63,606 bases of DNA, from positions 1-63,606 of the forward strand of contig JAKPKU010000016.1 of the NCBI GenBank assembly GCA_029553545.1, in the 5' to 3' direction. The notes under the pieces were generated by a model. It saw nothing but the letters and a program-made list of their open reading frames with translations, did not search any database and was not told the origin of the DNA. Source of the DNA: Candidatus Cloacimonadota bacterium (GTDB lineage Bacteria; Cloacimonadota; Cloacimonadia; Cloacimonadales; WRIO01). Every line of letters starts with the position of its first letter. Positions within the stretch are counted from its first letter, which is position 1. This document shows positions 36,672-44,992 of the stretch, piece by piece. Made by a program: the position numbers and the translations under genes.

Positions 36672-39302
36672 TTAAAAGCGCCAGTCCAACTGTAAGCGGA
36701 CAGCATAATCATCCATATTAATATTACGGAAATAAGCTTCATTATCGGTAACTGGCTCATTCCACCACGCACGCATTTCGAGCTCTTTTGTCTTATAATG
36801 TTTTGCTCTAAATCTCATGGAGACATACAGATTATTAGCAATTTTATTCTGCAATAATACCCAGTATTTCAGCCCTTGCATGCCCATAAAGTCGATCTCC
36901 ATATCTTCCCAATCCCAGTGGCTGACCCCATGTCCATTCCAAAAGCCCAGCCCTGTTCTAAAGCGTAAATTGTCATTAACATTGTGTGTAAAATCTATCT
37001 TCAAAAAATCGCCTTTCATCAAAACCTGACTCTGCACCGTTGTATCATAATTAGAGGATGGATCATCGTCAACATAAGGCGACTCAGCATTATTAGTCAA
37101 ATAAGGATATGGTGGTCCCCAGACCTTTGTATATCTGTATTCAAACTGCAATCTATCACGATTTGATAAGTAAGCAGTCACAATACCAGCAGTCTCATTG
37201 GTTTTCGAAACGCCTCTATCAGCGTCGTCATCATAGCGATTCACCTGGTTTTTGTATTTTGTTCTTAAACTCAAAGCATAAATTGGACGATAGTCCAAAT
37301 CACCTTGAAAGCGCACTGAGCGTCGTCCATCAGAGAGTCTCTCCCAGATATCAAGATAGGTTCTATTGAGTGTCAGATAATTATTAATACGATACCGTGT
37401 CTCAAAGTAAACGCCTCTCTCAGCTTGAGCTTGAGCACTATTTAAAAACATATCCGCTATGAGTGGATTGGTCAATGTATGTGGGTTTTTATCCAAAACT
37501 GTATCATCAAACTTCTCATGCTCAGAAAATGCGCGGCTATAGGGGTTATCAAAGCCAAGATCATAGTTTCTAAAGAGAGAAATAAAGTTAAAATTCTCAA
37601 ACTGAGTAAAAGAACTGAGCACGATAGCGCTCGGATCATCACCGATTTTCATTGTGCCACCCTCAACTGAAAGCTCAGCATACTCGCCAGAAAATGATGT
37701 ATTACCAATGTTGGTACGCCAGTCAATACCAACAACTTGGCGGTAATTTCTCTTATACGAATCAGTCTTAGTTGCATACATATTCTGGATTTCTGAGCTT
37801 TGCATATTCCACTTACCGAGATCGGCAGAGTCTCGAATAAACTGCTCAGCAATATCAGCTTGGTCAAATACCACAAAATGTGCATTATCATAAACTGCCT
37901 GATAACCTGAAAAGCCTACATGCGTGCCGACAATAGGGGAGATCTCCCAACGCCCACCGATTATCGTCTCATCCAGTATATCCTTGCGTGGTGCCAAGTT
38001 TATCTTTTTTGACAGATTCTCATTGAAATATGCTTCAGCGCCGCGTAAATCATCATTGTCAAATCTCACAGAGGATGTTACATATGATACAGCTTGATAT
38101 TTCCCATCTTCGTCTTTATCATTAGAATCGATGATCCCATCACCATTTAAGTCATAAATAACGGCATCTTTTTTGTCTTGTGAATAATAAAAAGTAAAAG
38201 AAGAATACTTGTTTTCCAGTGAAAAAGCAGCACCCTTCAGCGCATATTCATCTGTGCGTGACAAGTCCTCTGTCAGCCCTAAAATACGCTTGCTAAAGCC
38301 ATATCCAGTCTTTCTTGAACTGTAATAATCGGTGTTTTCCATCACCAAGCCTTCACCAAAGGTCACGCGATAATTACCCAAATAAGCTTTGAAGCGTGTA
38401 TTTCCAAGAAAGTCTAATTGCGACTCATATGCTGCATAATACTTTGCATCATCAAGATTATCTGCAAAAGTATTTTCTGTAAAGGTGCTTTCGCCTTTCT
38501 GATTTGAGTATAAGATACCAGCCTTAAAATCATTGCCATATCTCAAGCGTATCTTATTACTCACTGCAGGGCTTGCCTGGCTGAGATTAAAATAGCCCCA
38601 ATACGAGTGATCTGATTCTCTCACGCTGGCATCATTTTTATCTCTAAAGATCTCTTTGTAAAGGGTTTTTGTGTCATCTTCAAAGACCTTATCTTCATAT
38701 CTCAACTGATAATTAATAAAGAGTTTTTGCTGTGCAGGTTGCTCATGATAAAAGACGTAATTTCTGATATTTGTCGCACCATAATGTGATAGTCCAGAGG
38801 TGCTACGCAGGTTTCGATAGTCGATAATTGTATCTTGCAAGGCAATGCGTTTAATCACTGCTGCAGCATCGATAGGCGAGACATTTGGCAAGTTTAGAAT
38901 ATCATTATAAGACATTTTATTGACATTATGTGGAGTCATTAAATAATCTTCCCAGACGTCTGCAAAACCCTCTTGAGTCCCTTCTGAAGAGCCTAAACGC
39001 TCAAGCAAATAATATATCTCCTCACGACGTAGTTCTGTATCATCCAAATCAGTATAATGCGATATTTCTACCAAAGGTCTGAGTTTGAGCATAGTCTCCT
39101 GGTCAATTGATGGTATTTTACGTAAATCATAAATACTCTTATAAAAAGCAGTATAATAACGATACTCATAAATGTCTTTGGCTTGTTGCTCGCTTATTGG
39201 CAAGGTCTTAATCTCTTGCAAACTGGCAGTATTAAGGTCAATTTGAATAGCATTTAAAATACATACTGCCGCGAATATGATTGTGAATAGCAGGCGTTTC
39301 AT
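36672..39302 (-). CDS. Outer-membrane protein with two ComEA-like helix-hairpin-helix domains and a large beta-barrel region
   Basis: Signal peptide; IDLNTASLQEIKTLP..YKSIYDLRKIP and NVNKMSYNDILNLPNV..AAAVI..R HhH units; DLNGDG loop; ends VRLQLDWRF. Confidence 0.75.
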   Translation of the reverse strand: MKRLLFTIIFAAVCILNAIQIDLNTASLQEIKTLPISEQQAKDIYEYRYYTAFYKSIYDLRKIPSIDQETMLKLRPLVEISHYTDLDDTELRREEIYYLLERLGSSEGTQEGFADVWEDYLMTPHNVNKMSYNDILNLPNVSPIDAAAVIKRIALQDTIIDYRNLRSTSGLSHYGATNIRNYVFYHEQPAQQKLFINYQLRYEDKVFEDDTKTLYKEIFRDKNDASVRESDHSYWGYFNLSQASPAVSNKIRLRYGNDFKAGILYSNQKGESTFTENTFADNLDDAKYYAAYESQLDFLGNTRFKAYLGNYRVTFGEGLVMENTDYYSSRKTGYGFSKRILGLTEDLSRTDEYALKGAAFSLENKYSSFTFYYSQDKKDAVIYDLNGDGIIDSNDKDEDGKYQAVSYVTSSVRFDNDDLRGAEAYFNENLSKKINLAPRKDILDETIIGGRWEISPIVGTHVGFSGYQAVYDNAHFVVFDQADIAEQFIRDSADLGKWNMQSSEIQNMYATKTDSYKRNYRQVVGIDWRTNIGNTSFSGEYAELSVEGGTMKIGDDPSAIVLSSFTQFENFNFISLFRNYDLGFDNPYSRAFSEHEKFDDTVLDKNPHTLTNPLIADMFLNSAQAQAERGVYFETRYRINNYLTLNRTYLDIWERLSDGRRSVRFQGDLDYRPIYALSLRTKYKNQVNRYDDDADRGVSKTNETAGIVTAYLSNRDRLQFEYRYTKVWGPPYPYLTNNAESPYVDDDPSSNYDTTVQSQVLMKGDFLKIDFTHNVNDNLRFRTGLGFWNGHGVSHWDWEDMEIDFMGMQGLKYWVLLQNKIANNLYVSMRFRAKHYKTKELEMRAWWNEPVTDNEAYFRNINMDDYAVRLQLDWRF

Positions 39303-39463
39303 AAGACTCCTTTACATTTATTTAAAAAACTTCTATTTTTTGACAAATATATTAATATGGCAAATATTGTAAAGCTATTTTTTGAATTATTTTATTAACA
39401 TCACACGACAACACACTTTTTAAAGCACTGGCAATTATGTTCCATGAGAGATTGCAACTAATA

Positions 39464-39535
39464 GAGGGTATTGCATAGTGACCAAAATAATTTATAAAAT
39501 TATAAAGAGAAATCATAAATAAAAACAACACCCTC
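39464..39535 (-). repeat. Partial R1 copy (3' part of module A)
   Basis: Reverse complement GAGGGTGTTGTTTTTATTTATGATTT..TATTTTGGTCACTATGCAATACCCTC aligns with 15250..15322. Confidence 0.8.
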
Positions 39536-39542
39536 ACAATCT

Positions 39543-39905
39543 GTGGAAATGAACGGCACCTATGAAATGCACGGACCAATCGTCGCAACTGTCAATCAAG
39601 CAGGCGACGATCTTCCAGATCTAATCTTGGAAACAGCCTTCAACTCCATCTATCCAAACCCATTTAACCCCACTACCACAGTCAACTTCTCTCTCGCTGA
39701 AAAAAGTGATGTAAATATCAAAATCTTCAATGTTAAAGGGCAATTGGTAAAAGAATTAAAAGAAAATGCTCTAAATAAAGGTATGCACAATATCATCTGG
39801 AACGGCAAAGACTCACATAATCAAGATTGCGCATCAGGTATCTACCTCTTTAGATTACAAGCTGGTAAAACAGTGATGATAAAAAAGGGGATGCTGGTGA
39901 AATAG
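39543..39905 (+). pseudogene. 5'-truncated remnant of a secreted protein: only the FlgD-Ig / T9SS-type C-terminal domain remains
   Basis: IYPNPFNPTTTVNFSL..IFNVKGQLV..WNGKD..ASGIYLFRL is a CTD; no signal peptide or RBS; frame starts right next to the R1 fragment. Confidence 0.65.
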
Positions 39906-39930
39906 ACTTTTCAATTAGGTGGAAATATTG

Positions 39931-39964
39931 GCTCGATTGTCGAAAGGCGGTCGAGCTTTTTTTT
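39931..39964 (+). terminator. Intrinsic terminator after the CTD remnant
   Basis: GCTCGATTGTC-GAAA-GGCGGTCGAGC followed by T8. Confidence 0.85.
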
Positions 39965-39966
39965 CT

Positions 39967-40296
39967 TTGGTTCTCGCTTAGCTGCGGGTATTGTTTAAAA
40001 AAATCGGTAGATTTTTTTAAACGTACCCACAACTATCCTTAGTTGTGCAGCGAAGCCGTTGAATTGAATGTTACAATTTTTATCTGGTACAATTAAGGCT
40101 AATTGTACCTACGGTTGCTTGCGACTTCGTCGGTGGCTGACGAGCAAAGCTCGCCCCTACATTAGGGTGCAGACTGGGTGATAGCTTTAAAGGGCTGACG
40201 AGCAAAGCTCGCCCCTACATTATTTTGGTCCTCGCTTCGCTGCGGGTTAGGTACTTCGACTTCGTCGAAGGTTAGGTAAAAAATCAATTGATTTTT
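39967..40296. repeat. REP/BIME-like cluster of short palindromes
   Basis: Two identical 30-mers (40135..40164, 40193..40222) reading GTAG-GGGCGAGC-TTT-GCTCGTC on the minus strand; two CTCGCTTMGCTGCGGGT units; further hairpins at 39994..40021, 40028..40047, 40086..40109, 40255..40269, 40279..40296. Confidence 0.75.
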
Positions 40297-40442
40297 GTTT
40301 GTTATAAGGATGATTCTTTATATATTTCTTTCGGGTAAAAAAAAATTAAAGATGAAAATACATCTGCAATTAAACAAATCTTGATAGGTTTTTTCTTCAA
40401 TTTTCTCGGAGTGAGAGTTACTCACCATTGTTTCCAAAAAAA

Positions 40443-40518
40443 TGGTACACCTAGTAGGACTCGAACCTACGACCCACTGATTAAGAGTCAGTTGCTCTAC
40501 CAACTGAGCTATAGATGC
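40443..40518 (-). tRNA. tRNA-Lys (anticodon CTT)
   Basis: 76-nt cloverleaf GCATCTA..GCTCAGTTGGTAGAGC..ACTGA-CTCTTAA-TCAGT..GTAGGTTCGAGTCCTAC..TAGGTGT-A-CCA. Confidence 0.97.
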
Positions 40519-40660
40519 ACATATAAATACAAAAAATAAATATCAGTTTATTTGTCAATTAAAATAATTAATTATTTTCATGGGCAGAATAATTCATTAT
40601 TAATGCTCATAAAAAATGATAATAAAATATGCCTTTTTCCCATTCAAAATATTCATATAA

Positions 40661-40751
40661 AATCTCCCTAACACTCCCTTTTTATTCCTATAAGATTACC
40701 TTTCATTCTCCAAGATAGCAAGGGGAATGCAAAGGGAATCACATAGGCATA
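40661..40751 (-). repeat. Dispersed structured repeat R2, copy 2
   Basis: Reverse complement aligns with 9432..9522; 28-bp identical core at 40702..40729. Confidence 0.85.
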
Positions 40752-40925
40752 TCATTGATAATTAGTCATATACATAATTTACAAAAAAATATGTGAGAAG
40801 AGAGAAAAACAGACCAGAGAAGAGGATTATTTGTTATTTGGCGTGCCTATTTAATTAGTAAAATTAGGTAATATTTTTGGCTATATTTTTTAGAAAAAGT
40901 AAATATTGCTGGTATATTTGGCATA

Positions 40926-40942
40926 TGGCACGCACCCTGCTT
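40926..40942 (+). promoter_or_regulatory. Sigma-54 (-24/-12) promoter upstream of fliD
   Basis: TGGCACGCACCCTGCTT: GG-N10-GC with the TGGCACG consensus, 124 bp before the fliD ATG. Confidence 0.75.
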
Positions 40943-41066
40943 AATAGTATAGTGTGAATTATTTAAATGAGAAAAGATTTCCGATTTAGGGGATTTTATT
41001 AATCATATGAGAAAAAAAATCGATAAAGAAGAAGAGACAAATGGAAATTAATGGAAAGGAGCTTTA

Positions 41067-43385
41067 ATGTCAGGTGATATAAAGATAACTGGTTTGGCAA
41101 CAGGTATTGATTTTGAAGAAATGACAGCTAAATTGGTTGAGGCTGAAAAGTATCAGGCAAAAAAATTAGACAGTTGGAAAAATACATGGCTGGATAAGAT
41201 CGATGCATTAAATCTATTAAACACAAAGATTTCATCTATTATCACTGCAAATAATGCTTTGAAAGATATGAGAAGCTTTGTTAATCGAGTTGCTTCGGCA
41301 AGCGATAGCTCAGTTGCAAGTATCGCCGTTGACAGCTCAGCCCCTTTAGGCTCATATAAATTAGAAGTTGCTGAATCTGTAAAACATAAGATTGGATCGC
41401 GTGGTGTCGCTAATAATAGTGAGATAATTGCCGATGCAGATGGTGTATTGCGCTTTAATGACGGAGAAGGGCATACTATTCAAGTTGATGTGAATGATGG
41501 AATGACACTTGATCAACTAAATGATGCTATCAATGCAGAATTACAGCTGCAAGGCTCTAATGCAAAGGTTTCTATTAGTAATGACAAATCGGCGTCTGAA
41601 CCATATCGACTGGTGATTACATCTGGCAAATCAGGCACAAGTGGTAGGATAACCTTTTTACAGGATGATACAAATCTCAAATTTACAGAAACATCATATG
41701 ATAATGAGTTTGAAACAATTCAAGGGTCATCTTTTTCAATAATTGATCCAACAGGCACCTATACAGGAAATATAAATAAAAGACTCGAGTTTAAAATACT
41801 TGATGATGGAGAAGTTGGCAGCAAAAATATGAGAATACAGTGGACAGATCTCACAACAAATAAATCATCTATTGTTACTGTTTCAGGTGTTGGAGAAGTC
41901 AATATAACACAAGGTTTTAAATTAAATATTGGAGAAGGAACTTTCAAGAAAAATGATGTTTTTGCCATAGACTTGCATCATCCAGATATACAGCAGGCAC
42001 AAAATACAGGTTTGGCTCAAACAGCAAGAATATCTCACGAGGGTCTTAATTCAGCCAAAACTATCGTCTCATCTACAGCAGGAACGTTTACTTATAGTTT
42101 TGCAGGGAATGAGATTTCAGCACTTCAAATCCCCGCTAATACGACACTTGAAGGATTGGTAAAGATTATCAATGACGACGCAAAAAACCCTGGCGTCATT
42201 GCTTCTGTTGTAAATGATGGACTTGGCACAGCTCAGTCTTATCACTTGGTGTTGACTGGTAAAAATTCAGGGGCAGATAATCAAATACGTGTCACTAACT
42301 CAACACTAACTAATATTTCAAGTGCAGAATTTGAAACAACAAGAGTCGCCAGTAATGCTATGTTTAAAATAGATGATTATCCAGCTGAGAGTGATACTTG
42401 GATACAAAAATCTTCTAATTTAATCTCCGATATAATACCTAATTCATCTGTTACAATTAATAAAAGCGGCACAACAACTTTTTCTATTAATAATGATACT
42501 AATGCTATGGCAGATAAAGTTGAAGCATTTGTCCAGGCATACAATGAAGCGCTTGATTATATCAATGAGATGACCAAAATTGTTCTCAATGAAAAGAATG
42601 AAGCCGTCTCTGATAAGGGCGGTGTTTTGGTTGGTAACTATGCAGTCAACATTGTCAAGAATCAATTGAAGACATTTATTGGTGAGCGTGCTGTTGGTTT
42701 TGATGGAAATGAAGATTTGAGCCTTTTAACTCAAGTTGGCATCAAAACAGGCGAGAATAATAAGGTCGAATTTGATAGAAGTGAATTTCTTAAGATATTA
42801 AATGAAAACCCAGATGCAGTAGTAAATCTATTTTCTGCTGATAATATAGGTACGACCGACAATTCAACATTTCACTATACATCGCATTTAAGCACAACAA
42901 AGCCAGGTGTTTATGAGATGGAAGCTGAGTTTGAAAATGGAGAAATAAAGTTTGTTAAATACCGTAAAGTTGGCGAGAATAAATGGTATACCTCAGAAGG
43001 AAATAAAGACATCAAAATATCTGAAGATAAATCTTATTTTACAATTTTTGGAGGTGATGCACGAGGTGTGATGATAACAGCCGTTGATGGTGGGACAAGC
43101 ACACAGAAGACGACCATGAGTATAAGAGAAGGTAAAGCCAAGACTTTTGATAAAGAAATGGATATTCTTTTAGATGAAGATACAGGAACTACTAAAGTTT
43201 TGACAAAAAACTACGAAAATATAATAAAGAGCATCGATAAAAGGATTGCTCGAGAGAATATGAGGCTTGAACAAGTCAGAAGTAGGCTCTCAAATAGATT
43301 TGCTCGACTTGAAGCAAATATGCAGCAGCTTCAAGGTCAAATGAACAGATTACAGTCGCAGATTGAATCTCTTTCAAACTCATAA
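41067..43385 (+). CDS. fliD: Flagellar filament cap protein FliD (long form, 772 aa)
   Basis: ITGLATGIDF N-terminus, YRLVITSGKSG, IVKNQLK, LTQVGI, C-terminal coiled coil RLSNRFARLEANM; followed by fliS. Confidence 0.92.
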   Translation: MSGDIKITGLATGIDFEEMTAKLVEAEKYQAKKLDSWKNTWLDKIDALNLLNTKISSIITANNALKDMRSFVNRVASASDSSVASIAVDSSAPLGSYKLEVAESVKHKIGSRGVANNSEIIADADGVLRFNDGEGHTIQVDVNDGMTLDQLNDAINAELQLQGSNAKVSISNDKSASEPYRLVITSGKSGTSGRITFLQDDTNLKFTETSYDNEFETIQGSSFSIIDPTGTYTGNINKRLEFKILDDGEVGSKNMRIQWTDLTTNKSSIVTVSGVGEVNITQGFKLNIGEGTFKKNDVFAIDLHHPDIQQAQNTGLAQTARISHEGLNSAKTIVSSTAGTFTYSFAGNEISALQIPANTTLEGLVKIINDDAKNPGVIASVVNDGLGTAQSYHLVLTGKNSGADNQIRVTNSTLTNISSAEFETTRVASNAMFKIDDYPAESDTWIQKSSNLISDIIPNSSVTINKSGTTTFSINNDTNAMADKVEAFVQAYNEALDYINEMTKIVLNEKNEAVSDKGGVLVGNYAVNIVKNQLKTFIGERAVGFDGNEDLSLLTQVGIKTGENNKVEFDRSEFLKILNENPDAVVNLFSADNIGTTDNSTFHYTSHLSTTKPGVYEMEAEFENGEIKFVKYRKVGENKWYTSEGNKDIKISEDKSYFTIFGGDARGVMITAVDGGTSTQKTTMSIREGKAKTFDKEMDILLDEDTGTTKVLTKNYENIIKSIDKRIARENMRLEQVRSRLSNRFARLEANMQQLQGQMNRLQSQIESLSNS

Positions 43386-43396
43386 AGGAGGATATA

Positions 43397-43831
43397 ATGG
43401 ATAACAGATTTCAGGCATATCGACAAGTAGATATTAATACGACAAATAGAGGCAAGATTGTTGTTATGCTTTTTTCTGGCGCAATTACTTTTTTAAACAA
43501 GGCAAAGATTCATATGAATAATAATGATTTTGTGAATAAAGGTAAATATATTATCAAAGCACAAAATATTATTGATGAGCTAAATTACTCACTTGATATG
43601 GAAAAAGGACAAGAAATATCAAAGAACTTGAGATCAATCTATACGTTTTTGAATCGCTACCTTTCCCAAGCAAATGTGCAGTGCAAACCAGAAATGCTCG
43701 ATAAAGCAATAATCATTTTAGAGAAGTTTAAAAATGCATTTGATGAAATAGCAAATAACCCAGAGTATTCTGAAGCAAAAGAAATTAAGAATAAGGAGCA
43801 AGTCGAAAATTCTATTAGAAAATTAATATAA
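43397..43831 (+). CDS. fliS: Flagellin chaperone FliS
   Basis: AYRQV..T..KIVVMLFSGAI, KAQNIIDELNYSLDME.G.EISKNL.SIY.FL. Confidence 0.93.
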   Translation: MDNRFQAYRQVDINTTNRGKIVVMLFSGAITFLNKAKIHMNNNDFVNKGKYIIKAQNIIDELNYSLDMEKGQEISKNLRSIYTFLNRYLSQANVQCKPEMLDKAIIILEKFKNAFDEIANNPEYSEAKEIKNKEQVENSIRKLI

Positions 43832-43837
43832 AATATC

Positions 43838-43865
43838 TTGACATTTCTTATATATTTTATAAAGT
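43838..43865 (+). promoter_or_regulatory. Putative sigma-70-type promoter for the FlgM-like gene
   Basis: TTGACA-N16-TAAAGT between the fliS stop and a GGAGG RBS. Confidence 0.4.
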
Positions 43866-43882
43866 AGCCAAAGGAGGATAAA

Positions 43883-44419
43883 ATGACAATTAATAAGATT
43901 TACTCAAGTAATGACCCTCAGAAAATAATAAACGAGCGTATGCAAGAGGCTACTTCAGGGAAGAAGAACAGTATACATCAATTGGATAAAACACAAGCAA
44001 GGGATGCAAGCCAAGCAGCAAAAGGCGAGATTGTCGTCTCGGAAGACGCAAAAAAGTTGCAAGAAACTGAGGTTATCTTAAGAAATGCATTACAAAAGCT
44101 TCACGAAATGGACGAAATCAATGAAGAGTCACTCGGAGTATTTACAAATAAAGTAAAAAATGAATTCTATGATGATAATGACGATGTGACAATTGGCGTC
44201 GCTGATTTAATTTTGCCTGAAGAACAAATGAGACGAAATATCTCAATACGTTTTAAAGCAGAAGAATATGTCGATGATGTCAAAGAATTCGATCGTGAAG
44301 AAAGCGATATTGATTATGAAAAGATCGAGCAAGTTAAAGCAAGAATTGCAAATGGTTATTATAACCAAGAAAACGTTGTGGCGGAAATCGCAGATAATCT
44401 ACTGGAAATAATGATTTAA
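43883..44419 (+). CDS. FlgM-like anti-sigma-28 factor with apparently duplicated C-terminal segment
   Basis: C-terminus EKIEQVKARIANGYY..VVAEIADNLL fits the FlgM pattern; IVVSEDAKKL fits the FlgM 'V.iS..ak.l' motif; flagellar context. Confidence 0.6.
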   Translation: MTINKIYSSNDPQKIINERMQEATSGKKNSIHQLDKTQARDASQAAKGEIVVSEDAKKLQETEVILRNALQKLHEMDEINEESLGVFTNKVKNEFYDDNDDVTIGVADLILPEEQMRRNISIRFKAEEYVDDVKEFDREESDIDYEKIEQVKARIANGYYNQENVVAEIADNLLEIMI

Positions 44420-44420
44420 G

Positions 44421-44846
44421 ATGGCACTAACAAATACTCATTTAACAATGTTAAAAGAATATATCGATGAGCTAATCGTCAATTCTGGTATGATTAAAGT
44501 GCAAAACCCTGAGAGGGTTGTAGAAAAAGTTAAAGTTGATTTTCTGGTTAAATTAGCCTTTCGCTTTTATAGCAAACTATACAACTCCGAAAAATTTGCA
44601 GGCTATCTTCATGATATCTTTGATAAACTTGATAAGGGTAATAACAGCAAATATGATGTTTTTCAAGCGATACTCGATGAGATGAAAGATAATGATGATT
44701 TCACAAATTTACAATGCCTGAACTGCAATGCTTCTATATCAAAAGAAGAATTGATTAAATCCGGTGAGAATATGCCGCTTTGCGAGAAATGCAAGGATCA
44801 TATTGGCCAAGAAATTGATATTTGGGAGAAAATATTTGGAGGTTAA
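44421..44846 (+). CDS. Hypothetical protein with C-terminal CxxC..CxxC zinc ribbon
   Basis: CLNC..CEKC; starts 1 bp after the FlgM-like stop. Confidence 0.7.
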   Translation: MALTNTHLTMLKEYIDELIVNSGMIKVQNPERVVEKVKVDFLVKLAFRFYSKLYNSEKFAGYLHDIFDKLDKGNNSKYDVFQAILDEMKDNDDFTNLQCLNCNASISKEELIKSGENMPLCEKCKDHIGQEIDIWEKIFGG

Positions 44847-44863
44847 ACCTCTATATTCTGCTA

Positions 44864-44914
44864 TTTAGAGTTTAGCACATAGCATTTTAAGTATTCCATG
44901 TGCTAAGCTTTAAA
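44864..44914 (+). terminator. Long inverted repeat closing the flagellar block
   Basis: TTTAGAGTTTAGCACAT-N17-ATGTGCTAAGCTTTAAA; stem includes G-U pairs. Confidence 0.55.
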
Positions 44915-44992
44915 TTTGAATAATAATTTGACAAAATTGCCCTTGAAAATAAATATGCATTGTAGATAAATTCGTGAATAAATGAGGGATAA

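Noticed and set aside
40135-40222. Repeat-spacer-repeat (30-28-30 bp) resembling a mini CRISPR array
   Set aside because: Only two units, no cas genes, and the unit is a GTAG-led palindrome among other REP-like hairpins.
40999-41026. Sigma-28 promoter for fliD (TTAA-N16-ATCGATAA)
   Set aside because: Weak match in very AT-rich DNA; the sigma-54 site is much closer to consensus.
44872-44906. Second CIRCE (TTAGCAC..GTGCTAA)
   Set aside because: The spacer is 17 bp rather than 9, and the arms extend into a longer stem after a stop codon; a terminator fits better.
40519-44914. Flagellar block as an island integrated at tRNA-Lys
   Set aside because: It lies on the tRNA 5' side; no integrase and no duplicated tRNA 3' end were seen.
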